From an uncultured Weeksellaceae bacterium (GTDB lineage: Bacteria > Bacteroidota > Bacteroidia > Flavobacteriales_D > CAYVSK01), in assembly GCA_964537825.1 (NCBI GenBank), contig CAZIDL010000002.1:48628-112627 (forward strand): DNA of 64,000 bases. The letters are read 5' to 3'. Below are positions 44,572 through 55,460 of this stretch, piece by piece. Both the position numbers and the translations under genes were made by a program. The notes beneath the pieces were generated by a model. That model was not told where the DNA came from and did not search any database. It was given only the letters and a program-made list of their open reading frames with translations. How positions within the stretch are numbered: position 1 is the first letter of the stretch; each line of letters starts with the position of its first letter.

Positions 44572-45462
44572 GAGAACGGACAATTCACTCAACCGAAAAA
44601 GCTCCTGGCTCAAACCTTCACTAACGTTCGCCAAGGGTGGGCGGACCGTATTGCCACAGATCCCCATGTGCATGAGCAGCTCTTTGATGCCACTTGGATT
44701 TCCTTCTGCAAAGAGGTCCTCGATAACGCGGAGAAGGCTGTAATGGTCGTTTTGAGCTTCTTTCAGATCCCCCTGCAGCGCCGCCCATACCATGCGCCGA
44801 AAAGTCTTCGGGTAGGCATTACCGACCACCGAGATCACTCCTTCCCCACCGATACCGATGATCGGAAGGGTCAGGTCATCCTCGCCGGAAAGAACCGGAA
44901 AGTCAGTGGGCTTGCGATCGATCAAGTCCATTACCTGCCCCATGTTCCCTGAAGCCTCTTTGATGCCGATGATGGCCTCAAGATCCTCGGCGAGACGGAT
45001 CACCGTATCCGGAAGGATGTTCGATCCTGTCCTGCCGGGCACGTTATAAAGGATGATGGGTCGCTCGCTGGCTTCAGCCAAGGCTTTGTAGTGCTGATAG
45101 AGCCCTTTTTGATCAGGCTTATTGTAGTAAGGGCTTGCTATGAGGAGGGCATCGACCCCGCTCATGTTCCATTCCTTGAGCGCAGCCACCTGAGCCTCCG
45201 TATCGTTACCGCTGAAGCCCAAAACGACAGGAAGCCGTCCGTCGTTCACTTCGATCACTTTATCCAATGCGAGGCGCTTCTCGTCCTCGCTCATAGTGAC
45301 CGCTTCCCCCGTTGTTCCTTGCACTACCAGAAAGTCCGTATTCTTATTGATCAGGTGTTTGGTCAGCTTTTCCAGTCCATCGAGGTCGAGCTTCTTATCG
45401 CTCTGAAAAGGAGTGGCCATCGCCACCCCGAGGCCTCGGAATTTCTTAGCGTCCGTGTCCAT
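44560..45462 (-). CDS. dapA: 4-hydroxy-tetrahydrodipicolinate synthase
   Basis: GLGVAMATPF, VVQGTTGE, YNVPGRTG and the IIGIKEASG active-site Lys region are present. Length is 300 aa. Confidence 0.96.
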   Translation of the reverse strand: MDTDAKKFRGLGVAMATPFQSDKKLDLDGLEKLTKHLINKNTDFLVVQGTTGEAVTMSEDEKRLALDKVIEVNDGRLPVVLGFSGNDTEAQVAALKEWNMSGVDALLIASPYYNKPDQKGLYQHYKALAEASERPIILYNVPGRTGSNILPDTVIRLAEDLEAIIGIKEASGNMGQVMDLIDRKPTDFPVLSGEDDLTLPIIGIGGEGVISVVGNAYPKTFRRMVWAALQGDLKEAQNDHYSLLRVIEDLFAEGNPSGIKELLMHMGICGNTVRPPLANVSEGLSQELFRLSELSVLKEE

Positions 45463-45463
45463 A

Positions 45464-48080
<2,617 letters not shown>

Positions 48081-48123
48081 TTATCAAAAGTCATTTTTGC
48101 CTTCCTCATCGGGCCCTTTGTGT

Positions 48124-48193
48124 CTTCCTTCGTGTCCTTTGTGGTTCCCCTGCCAAGACCTGTAGCTCTTAACCACGAAGGAAACAAAGGAAG
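48124..48193. repeat. 70-nt imperfect inverted repeat (long hairpin) in the prmC-ligA spacer
   Basis: The arms are cttccttcgtgtcctttgtggtt (48124-48146) and aaccacgaaggaaacaaaggaag (48171-48193). They are complementary at 20 of 23 positions across a 24-nt loop. A separate perfect palindrome CCCCGATCGGGG lies at 48226-48237. Confidence 0.6.
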
Positions 48194-48278
48194 CCCCGAA
48201 GGTCTCAACGGGACTCTTGATACAGCCCCGATCGGGGGATCAGGGTTTAGGAACTCAAAAGAGGCAAGCCTTCCTGGA

Positions 48279-49124
48279 TCAGCGCCTTGCAAATGCAAAA
48301 CGCCTTTTCCCCGAAAGGTCCTTTTCGATATGGCCGTTCGACAGGTCATATTCTTTCATCAATGCAAGCAGATCCTCCGCGTGGAGCGGATTGATCTCCA
48401 TCCAGAGGGCAGCCCCCGGGTCTCCTTTTTCGCTGAAGGCCTGGAGCACGTCGCGGTAAGCCCCTAATGGGTCATCGGATGGCACGAAGAGCGCTTCGTT
48501 CGGTTCGTGCTCGATGACCCGTTCCTCCAACTCATTCCCCTCCTCCTGCGCCACATAGGGTGGATTGCTCACCACGAGATCAAAGGTAAGGGATCCGGGA
48601 AGGGTCGTCGGGTAGAGCTCATCCTTCTGAAGGAGGATTTCCAACCCCGTGCACTCAGCATTCTCCCGGGCCAAAGCAAGAGCATCTTCCGAAACGTCCA
48701 CGGCATGGACCTCCGCATTCGGGAAAGCCTGCTTCAGAGCAAGGGCGATACAGCCGTTGCCCGTACCGAGGTCCAGGATCCTTTGGGGCGCTTCTTCCAC
48801 GTTGCTGATCGCTTTCTCCACCAATTCTTCGGTCTCCGGCCGCGGGATCAATGCTCGGCGGTCGCATTTCAAGCGCAGCCCTTGGAATTCTTCCGTTCCG
48901 ATGATGTATTGGAGGGGTTCGCCTTTTTCCAAACGCTTTAAGGCCACTTCGAGCCATCTTTCGTCTTCATCGCCCAACTCCTCTTCTTGATGTAGGATGA
49001 GATCAGAGCTAGAGTAACTGAACCGTTCCTGAAGGAGGATTCGAAGCGTTCGCCCCCTTTCCCGTTCATCCAAAGTCCCGGAAAGTTGTTCCTCACCCTT
49101 CTCCAGGAAATCTGAGATCTTCAT
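48279..49124 (-). CDS. prmC: Release-factor glutamine N5-methyltransferase (PrmC/HemK)
   Basis: EPLQYIIGTEEFQGL, IPRPETE, DLGTGNGCIA and VSNPPYV are present. The start is uncertain (ATGs at 49124, 49130, 49148 and 49217). I chose 49124 from typical N-terminal length and an imperfect -7 box at 49130-49137. Confidence 0.88.
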   Translation of the reverse strand: MKISDFLEKGEEQLSGTLDERERGRTLRILLQERFSYSSSDLILHQEEELGDEDERWLEVALKRLEKGEPLQYIIGTEEFQGLRLKCDRRALIPRPETEELVEKAISNVEEAPQRILDLGTGNGCIALALKQAFPNAEVHAVDVSEDALALARENAECTGLEILLQKDELYPTTLPGSLTFDLVVSNPPYVAQEEGNELEERVIEHEPNEALFVPSDDPLGAYRDVLQAFSEKGDPGAALWMEINPLHAEDLLALMKEYDLSNGHIEKDLSGKRRFAFARR

Positions 49125-49275
49125 GGACATAAAGTTAAAGCGATCCATCAGCCTTTTCGAAGCTCCATTGTAAGCGAATTGGAATTTCCGGGGACTGCTT
49201 CCCTTCTCATTCATCATAACAGGAAATATTACTCCCTTGGATCAGCTCCAATATCGAGACGTCGTTCACTCCCCG

Positions 49276-49283
49276 TAATTTTG
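49276..49283 (+). promoter_or_regulatory. -7 promoter box TAATTTTG, 6 nt upstream of the ribD ATG
   Basis: Perfect TAnnTTTG. Confidence 0.55.
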
Positions 49284-49289
49284 CTGACC

Positions 49290-50339
49290 ATGCCGGACCA
49301 CGAAGCCTATATGCAACGCTGTCTGGACCTGGCCTTCAACGGAGCTGGGACCGCTTCCCCGAACCCGATGGTGGGGGCTTGCATCGTCCATGATGACCGG
49401 ATATTGGCAGAAGCCTTTCATCATTCTGCGGGCCATTCCCATGCTGAAGCGCTTGCTATCGACCGGCTGGATGAGGAGGTGAACCTGAAGGATGCCACCC
49501 TTTACGTCAATCTCGAGCCCTGTTGCCACGAGGGGCGCACCCCGCCTTGTACCGAGCGGATCCTCGATGCGGGGATCGGAAAAGTCGTCTTCGGTGCTTA
49601 CGACCCTTCGGAAAAGGTGGCCGGACAAGGGATCAAAAGGTTGGAAGAAGGGGGATGTGAAGTAGAGGGGCCGGTCTTGGAGGAAGCCTGTGAGGATCTG
49701 AACCGCCGTTTTTTCACCTCGGTACGCCAACAACGCCCTTATTTGATCCTGAAGTGGGCCCAGACTTTGGATGGATCCATCGATCGGGAAAGGAAAGGGA
49801 ATGAAAAAGGCATCAACTGGATCACGGGAGAAGCGGCTCAGGAAATGGTCCATAAGTGGCGTGCTGAAGAGGACGCCATCCTCGTAGGCAAAGAGACCGT
49901 GCGAAAGGACGACCCTTCCTTGACGGTCCGACGCGTGGACGGCTCCGACCCCCTTCGCATCCTGATCGACCGAAAGGGAGAGCTCCCGAGAGATCGGAAG
50001 CTCTTTCAGGAAACGCCACCCGCTTTGATCTTCACCGAAAAGCAAGAAGCTGCCTATCCTCCCCACATGGAAAAGGTTCGGGTATCACCCGATAGCGACC
50101 TGCTCGAATGCATCCTCAGGGAACTCCATGCGCGGGAGATCCGCTCTCTGATCGTCGAAGGGGGAAGCAAGGTCCTCAATTCTTTCATCCGAAGGGGACT
50201 TTGGGACGAAACCCGCGTTCTGGTGGGTGACCGATGGTTCGGAGGTGGGAAAGCCGCTCCTCGCTTGCGGCAGGAACCCCAGGCTCAATACCAGCTAGGG
50301 GACGATCGCTTGCTGCTCTTCAAGAAGCCGGATGCATGA
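49290..50339 (+). CDS. ribD: Bifunctional riboflavin biosynthesis deaminase/reductase RibD
   Basis: The deaminase zinc motifs HAEALAI and PCCHEGRTPPC are present, and the C-terminal half is reductase-like. I use the internal ATG at 49290. Confidence 0.95.
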   Translation: MPDHEAYMQRCLDLAFNGAGTASPNPMVGACIVHDDRILAEAFHHSAGHSHAEALAIDRLDEEVNLKDATLYVNLEPCCHEGRTPPCTERILDAGIGKVVFGAYDPSEKVAGQGIKRLEEGGCEVEGPVLEEACEDLNRRFFTSVRQQRPYLILKWAQTLDGSIDRERKGNEKGINWITGEAAQEMVHKWRAEEDAILVGKETVRKDDPSLTVRRVDGSDPLRILIDRKGELPRDRKLFQETPPALIFTEKQEAAYPPHMEKVRVSPDSDLLECILRELHAREIRSLIVEGGSKVLNSFIRRGLWDETRVLVGDRWFGGGKAAPRLRQEPQAQYQLGDDRLLLFKKPDA

Positions 50340-51223
50340 TCTACCTGATCCTCAGCATCTTTAGTTCAGCCGTCCTCGTACTCCTCTTCAAGGCTTTCCA
50401 ACGCTTCGAGGTCCATACTTTTTATGCCATCGTCATCAATTATATCGTGGCGGCAGGGTCCGGGTTCCTGGTCCTCAAAGGGGATGTTGCTTATTCCGCT
50501 TTACCGGGGAAACCATGGTTCGAGATCTCCCTCCTGGTCGGTTTCCTGTTCATCATCATGTTCTGGTTCATCGCAATGACCGCCCAAAAGGTGGGGGTCT
50601 CTGTATCAGCCGTTTCGCAGAAAATGGCGGTGGTCGTACCAGTGACCGTTGCCTTGATCGCCTACGATGGGGAAACGTTAAGTTGGATGAAGGGGATCGG
50701 GATCCTCCTGGCAATCGCGGGGGTGGTCATGAGTTCGATCAAAGAGGACCGGCTGGAGGTCGATCGCCGGTATGCTTTTCTTCCCCTCATCGTTTTCATG
50801 GGAGCAGGTTTTCTGGATACCACCATGAACTATGTGGAGAAGTTCAAATTGAGCGCAGGGGATAAGAACACTGAAATGCTCCTCTACGTCTCGACCCTCT
50901 TCTTCGTCGCTTTTTTGCTCGGCTCTCTGGCCTGGATGCTTCAGGGGATGCGGGGGCAGGCTCGCCCCCTTCGGGCACGCACCGTTCTGGCAGGGATCGC
51001 ATTAGGGATCCCGAACTTCGGCTCCATCTATTTTCTTTTGAGAACGCTCGATTCGAGTTTCCTACAGGATTCCGCAATCTTTCCGATCAACAACATGGGG
51101 ATCGTAGCAGCTTCCACGATCGGGAGCGTCCTGATCTTCGGCGAAAAATTGTCATGGATGAACCGCATCGGGGTTCTGGTCTCGCTCACTGCGATCGCCA
51201 TGATCGCTTTTGCACCGGGTTGA
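50336..51223 (+). CDS. EamA/DMT-family membrane transporter
   Basis: About ten hydrophobic helices, 295 aa. The ATG overlaps the ribD stop (ATGA). Confidence 0.82.
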   Translation: MIYLILSIFSSAVLVLLFKAFQRFEVHTFYAIVINYIVAAGSGFLVLKGDVAYSALPGKPWFEISLLVGFLFIIMFWFIAMTAQKVGVSVSAVSQKMAVVVPVTVALIAYDGETLSWMKGIGILLAIAGVVMSSIKEDRLEVDRRYAFLPLIVFMGAGFLDTTMNYVEKFKLSAGDKNTEMLLYVSTLFFVAFLLGSLAWMLQGMRGQARPLRARTVLAGIALGIPNFGSIYFLLRTLDSSFLQDSAIFPINNMGIVAASTIGSVLIFGEKLSWMNRIGVLVSLTAIAMIAFAPG

Positions 51224-51289
51224 GGCCTTCCATGAGCAAGTTCCACAGCATTCCGATCCTTATAAATATTCACCCCCATCCTTTTTGCC

Positions 51290-51907
51290 ATGGATGAAAG
51301 CTTTCATACGCTTAAAGGTCCGACAGAAGGCCAATACCGTGAAAAAGGAAGTAAGTTCTACGCCTTTGCTACGCCGGTCTCTTCGCAGAAAGAAGCCGAA
51401 GCGGAAATTCGAGCCTTAAAAGAAAAACACCCGGAGGCCTCGCATCATTGCTGTGCCTATCGGGTCGGGGTCGACGAAGGGATCCAACGGGAGAACGATG
51501 ATGGTGAGCCGGGAGGGACGGCCGGTCGTCCGATCATGAACGCCATACGCTCCTATGGGATCACCAATGTCGTCCTGGTCGTGGTCCGTTATTTTGGCGG
51601 GACCAAGTTGGGGAAGCGCGGCTTGATCGATGCTTATCGAAGCGCGGCCGAACGTGCGCTAGAGAACGGGAAGATCCAGGAAGAACGGGTTATGGGAACG
51701 GTCCATGTCCAACATCCGCATGATGCGACGGGTCGAGTGGAAGCATTGATCCGCAAATACGAAGGGGAAGTGAAAGCGGCCGAATACGGAGAAAAAGTGA
51801 TGCTGGATCTGGCATTCCCCCTTTCAAAGAAGGATGCTTTTCTAGAAGAGTTAAAAGGAGTGAACGGTTCATCGGGAAGGGATCCTGAACAAAGGGAAGA
51901 AGGATAG
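51290..51907 (+). CDS. yigZ: IMPACT/YigZ-family protein (UPF0029)
   Basis: EKGSKFYAFATPV, ASHHCCAYRVG and DDGEPGGTAGRP are present. Length is 205 aa. Confidence 0.9.
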   Translation: MDESFHTLKGPTEGQYREKGSKFYAFATPVSSQKEAEAEIRALKEKHPEASHHCCAYRVGVDEGIQRENDDGEPGGTAGRPIMNAIRSYGITNVVLVVVRYFGGTKLGKRGLIDAYRSAAERALENGKIQEERVMGTVHVQHPHDATGRVEALIRKYEGEVKAAEYGEKVMLDLAFPLSKKDAFLEELKGVNGSSGRDPEQREEG

Positions 51908-51959
51908 CAGAAGGTCATAGCATCACTACCTTTATCCCGCATTTCAAAGCTCCTAACGA

Positions 51960-52904
51960 ATGGAACGGACCGATCTTCTAAAAGAATTCTGCTCTACCCA
52001 CGCCCCTTCTGGTGAAGAACGCGCCATGCGCGACGTGCTTCTCGAAAAGATCGAAACGGAAAAGAAGAACTGGCGCAAGGAGCCCCGGATCCATCACGGA
52101 AAAGGGCTTCAGGATTGCTTGATCCTGGTCTTCGGTGAGCCCCGCACGGCTGTTTTTGCCCATATGGATTCCGTCGGTTTCACGGTGAAGAACGACCAAG
52201 AACTGGTCAAGATCGGTGGTCCAAAGGCTGAGAGCGGCTACCGGCTCGTGGGGTCGGATAAGCATGGCGAGGTTGAATGCGAACTCCAAGTCGAGGAAGA
52301 AGAGGATGAGAAGGGGCGAAAACATCAGACCCTTAAATACGATGCGAAGCGGCGGATCGAACGGGGCACGAGCCTGACCTTCAAACCGAACTTTCGGGAG
52401 GAAGAGGATCATGTCCAGTGCTGTTACATGGACGATCGGATGGGTGTTTTGAATGCCTTTCGGGTCTGCGAGACCCTGGAGAACGGTGCGGTGGTCTTCT
52501 CAGCCTGGGAGGAGCACGGAGGAGGTAGTGTCGAGTCCCTGGGGCGGATCCTTTACGAGAACTACAGCGTCCAACGAGCCCTGATATCGGATATCACCTG
52601 GGCTACCGAGGATGTCCATCATGGAGAAGGGGTCGCGATCTCCATGCGGGATTCTGGTATCCCGCGCCGCAGCTTTATTGAAGAGGTCCTTGAACACGCT
52701 GAAGAAAGCGGGATCGATCATCAACTCGAAGTGGAGGGAGCGGGCGGAAGCGATGGGATAGCGCTTCAGCGATCGCCCTATCCTTTCGATTGGTGTTTTA
52801 TAGGTGCCCCGGAAAGCGGCGTTCATTCCCCGGACGAGAAGGTCCACAAGGGGGACGCGGAAGCTATGACGGCCCTCTATCGCTACCTGATGGAAAAGCT
52901 TTGA
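51960..52904 (+). CDS. M42-like metallopeptidase family protein (short form)
   Basis: THAPSGEE, AHMDSVGF, YMDDRMG, WEEHGGGS and a C-terminal GVHSPDE match the metal-ligand pattern I expect for the M42 family. Confidence 0.75.
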   Translation: MERTDLLKEFCSTHAPSGEERAMRDVLLEKIETEKKNWRKEPRIHHGKGLQDCLILVFGEPRTAVFAHMDSVGFTVKNDQELVKIGGPKAESGYRLVGSDKHGEVECELQVEEEEDEKGRKHQTLKYDAKRRIERGTSLTFKPNFREEEDHVQCCYMDDRMGVLNAFRVCETLENGAVVFSAWEEHGGGSVESLGRILYENYSVQRALISDITWATEDVHHGEGVAISMRDSGIPRRSFIEEVLEHAEESGIDHQLEVEGAGGSDGIALQRSPYPFDWCFIGAPESGVHSPDEKVHKGDAEAMTALYRYLMEKL

Positions 52905-54392
52905 TCATTCCATTTTGATGGCTTTCCGAACCCGTTCCACTCCGTCCACCCTCAACGTGTACAAATAGATGCCAGGACCGACCCCGGAAGCATCCCATCG
53001 AAGTTGGTAGGAACCGGCCTCCTGATGCTGATCCAGCAAAGTGACGACCCGTCGGCCTTTTTGATCGCTGATGAAGAATTCCACCTGCGCCCTTTCTGCA
53101 AGCTCGTAGCTGAAGGTGGTCCGGTCCTGAAAGGGATTCGGTCGATTCGGCCCGAGCTTGCTGGTTCCTTCTAGCAAAGTTTTGTGATCGGAACGGAACT
53201 CCCATCCTTCAGCATCTCTCGTTTTATGGTCCGTTCGAAGGGTAGAGAGACTGTCTTCCAAAGCATCCAATCGCTTCTGGAGGCGATCGAACCTTTTCGT
53301 TCGTTTACGGAGCACTTTTTCGAGGCTATCGATGGCTGAGGCGCGTGGGCAAAAGGAAGAAGCATCCCGTACCCTCAGGATACCGTTCGGCCGTACTACG
53401 ACCACCCGATCCGCCCTCGGGTCCCTCCGTCGAGGAAGTTCCCGGATGCGAACATCACCTCTCCGCACATCCAGACGCGCTGTTACCGGATCGTCAGGTC
53501 CACTTGGAACGTAAAAGTTCCCGATCCCTAGTCCTGCGTTCGAAGGATCGGCCCCTATCGCGTTGCGCTCCTGTCCCTCACCGGGATCGAAGCGGGCCAT
53601 TTCAAGGCCGTTCGATCCCGCGGCAGCAGTCCCTGCATCCCTCTTTTGCGTAAAAAGGAAGCGAAGGTGATCCCGATAAATGGGGTCGGCATTGTCATTC
53701 CAACCGAGCACGGCATCGTTGTGATCCCCGTCTTCTTGTTTCATGCCCAGGTAAAGCCCATCCGAAGCTACTCCGGCGAAAAGCCCGTTCTCCATCCAGG
53801 AACGTTGCCCTTTTCCCACATAAGTACCGAGGTTCAAAAGAGCGATGCGCGGCATCGCTTGGACACCGTTATCCTCATTGATACTTACTCCCCCATTTTC
53901 CTTCGAACCCCATATCCGCATCGTTTCGACCTGAAAAGCAGCAGGGTCCGTATCGGAAGCCCAGAAACGAAGAGCGCCCTTGGGTGCTCGGATATGAAGG
54001 TCCTTATCGTGTCGAAAGCTCCAAAGACGTCCGAGCTCGCTTCCACCTTGTAAAAAGCGCCAATTGGCGGTAACATCAGCAGGTGCAGAAGTGCGGAAAA
54101 GCTCTCCCCTGGAGCTCAGGTTCGGATGGAGCCATTTATAATGCGATGGGTTGGCATTGACCTCCAATAAAGCCTTCGGCTGCATCGAAGCGTTGTAAAC
54201 GCCCAATGCCTTCGACGATCTCGCAGCCCCCAACATTCCTGTACTCGTGTACAAGCGATCATACCCCTTCCCCAACATACCATCCTGATCACCCCCATCC
54301 TGCGTAAAAGCAAGTGCAGGTAATAACACGCCGCACCATGCAATGACCCAATGACGTAAACTCAAACTCATAGGGGATCGCTTCGTTTTCAT
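52905..54392 (-). CDS. T9SS-sorted surface/secreted protein of unknown function
   Basis: The product has a signal peptide and about 330 aa with no motif I recognise. A predicted coiled coil follows (AIDSLEKVLRKRTKRFDRLQKRLDALEDSLSTL). It ends in a T9SS CTD-like tail (NPFQDRTTFSYEL..VEFFISDQKGRRVVTL..GSYQLRWDA..GIYLYTLRV). Confidence 0.75.
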   Translation of the reverse strand: MKTKRSPMSLSLRHWVIAWCGVLLPALAFTQDGGDQDGMLGKGYDRLYTSTGMLGAARSSKALGVYNASMQPKALLEVNANPSHYKWLHPNLSSRGELFRTSAPADVTANWRFLQGGSELGRLWSFRHDKDLHIRAPKGALRFWASDTDPAAFQVETMRIWGSKENGGVSINEDNGVQAMPRIALLNLGTYVGKGQRSWMENGLFAGVASDGLYLGMKQEDGDHNDAVLGWNDNADPIYRDHLRFLFTQKRDAGTAAAGSNGLEMARFDPGEGQERNAIGADPSNAGLGIGNFYVPSGPDDPVTARLDVRRGDVRIRELPRRRDPRADRVVVVRPNGILRVRDASSFCPRASAIDSLEKVLRKRTKRFDRLQKRLDALEDSLSTLRTDHKTRDAEGWEFRSDHKTLLEGTSKLGPNRPNPFQDRTTFSYELAERAQVEFFISDQKGRRVVTLLDQHQEAGSYQLRWDASGVGPGIYLYTLRVDGVERVRKAIKME

Positions 54393-54405
54393 GCTTGTTT
54401 TGAGT

Positions 54406-54413
54406 CAAAAATA
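54406..54413 (-). promoter_or_regulatory. -7 promoter box TATTTTTG, 13 nt upstream of the T9SS-cargo gene
   Basis: The plus strand reads CAAAAATA, a perfect TAnnTTTG, in an AT-rich stretch. Confidence 0.5.
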
Positions 54414-54565
54414 ACATTTTTAATCCGATTTTTACATTTACAGAATATCTCCTGGTCTTTGCCAGGATCAAACCGCCAAAGGCCTTCATTTTGGGCAGGC
54501 CACAGGTAGAAGCTTCTCCTTTCCCTTGGGAGGATTCGGAGCTAAAAGGTTCGAGCCGAAACCCT

Positions 54566-55390
54566 TCAGTACTTGATGATCAGGGTGGGCAGGTGGGGAT
54601 GATGCACGACCTTCTTGGTCAACCGAGGTGAAACGAAGTTCTCCAACCAATCGCGCCGTTCGTGGCCCACCAATACGAGCATATCGATCTCGGGATGGGC
54701 ATCGATATAGGATTCGAGCCCTTCCAGTACATCGTCGTTATGGACAAATTCCCATCGATGATCGAGCTCATCGTAGAGATGATCCTTTTCGAGCCGCCAC
54801 ATCGCCTTTTCCATCACTTTCTTCTTCTCTTCCGACCCTACATTGACAATGTGAAGCTCAGCTCCTTCGGCCCATGCGATATCCATGAGCGTGCGAAGGT
54901 GTTTGGCCGGTGTCTCGGTCAGGTCGCTGGCGAAAAGGATGTTATCGTAGCTCTTGAAGTCAGCATCCTCGGGGATAACGAGGACCGGACATTCCACATC
55001 ATCCACAACCCGTTGGGTATGACTTCCCGTAAAGAATTCCTGCAAGCTTGAGACCCCATTGGTGGCCATCACGATCAGGTCCACCCCGAAGTGCTCTGCC
55101 GCTTCCTCGATCGAGGATACAGGGGAGCCATAGGCTGGAAAGCAATGCAGCTTCAGGTCCTCGTTCCCTTCTTCGTTCAAAATACCCTTTTTGAGCTGCT
55201 CGAGCTGTTCCAACGACTCGTCGCGTCCCATCTCATAGCTACTCTGGCGGATGCGACTATCGAGTGCTTCGAGTTCGAATGCGTTGACCAGGATCAGCTC
55301 CGCGTCGCAGACCTTGGCAAGGTGAACTGCATGGACCAAAGCATGATCGGTGAGCTCAGAAAGGTCGGTGGGAAATAGGATGCGCTTCAT
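54566..55390 (-). CDS. Tandem universal stress protein (UspA) domains
   Basis: MKRILFPTDLSE..AELILVNA is followed by a second half with ILFASDLTE..AELHIVNV. Length is 274 aa. Confidence 0.9.
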   Translation of the reverse strand: MKRILFPTDLSELTDHALVHAVHLAKVCDAELILVNAFELEALDSRIRQSSYEMGRDESLEQLEQLKKGILNEEGNEDLKLHCFPAYGSPVSSIEEAAEHFGVDLIVMATNGVSSLQEFFTGSHTQRVVDDVECPVLVIPEDADFKSYDNILFASDLTETPAKHLRTLMDIAWAEGAELHIVNVGSEEKKKVMEKAMWRLEKDHLYDELDHRWEFVHNDDVLEGLESYIDAHPEIDMLVLVGHERRDWLENFVSPRLTKKVVHHPHLPTLIIKY

Positions 55391-55404
55391 GCTCGGCTTT
55401 TCGG

Positions 55405-55412
55405 CAAAAATA
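55405..55412 (-). promoter_or_regulatory. -7 promoter box TATTTTTG, 14 nt upstream of the usp gene
   Basis: The plus strand reads CAAAAATA, a perfect TAnnTTTG. Confidence 0.5.
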
Positions 55413-55460
55413 AAGCTTCCCTTTCATTAGCAAAAGAACTTCTGGGGTCAGGAAAGCATT

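Noticed and set aside
49125-49289. Possible FMN riboswitch upstream of ribD
   Set aside because: The divergent prmC/ribD gap is only about 165 nt, and a perfect -7 box ends 6 nt before the ribD ATG, leaving no leader. I saw none of the conserved FMN-element sequence blocks.
54468-54501. Short GGCCT/AGGCC hairpin followed by a U-rich run downstream of the usp gene, as a terminator
   Set aside because: The stem is only 5 bp with an 11-nt loop and lies 65 nt past the stop codon. That is too weak to call with confidence.
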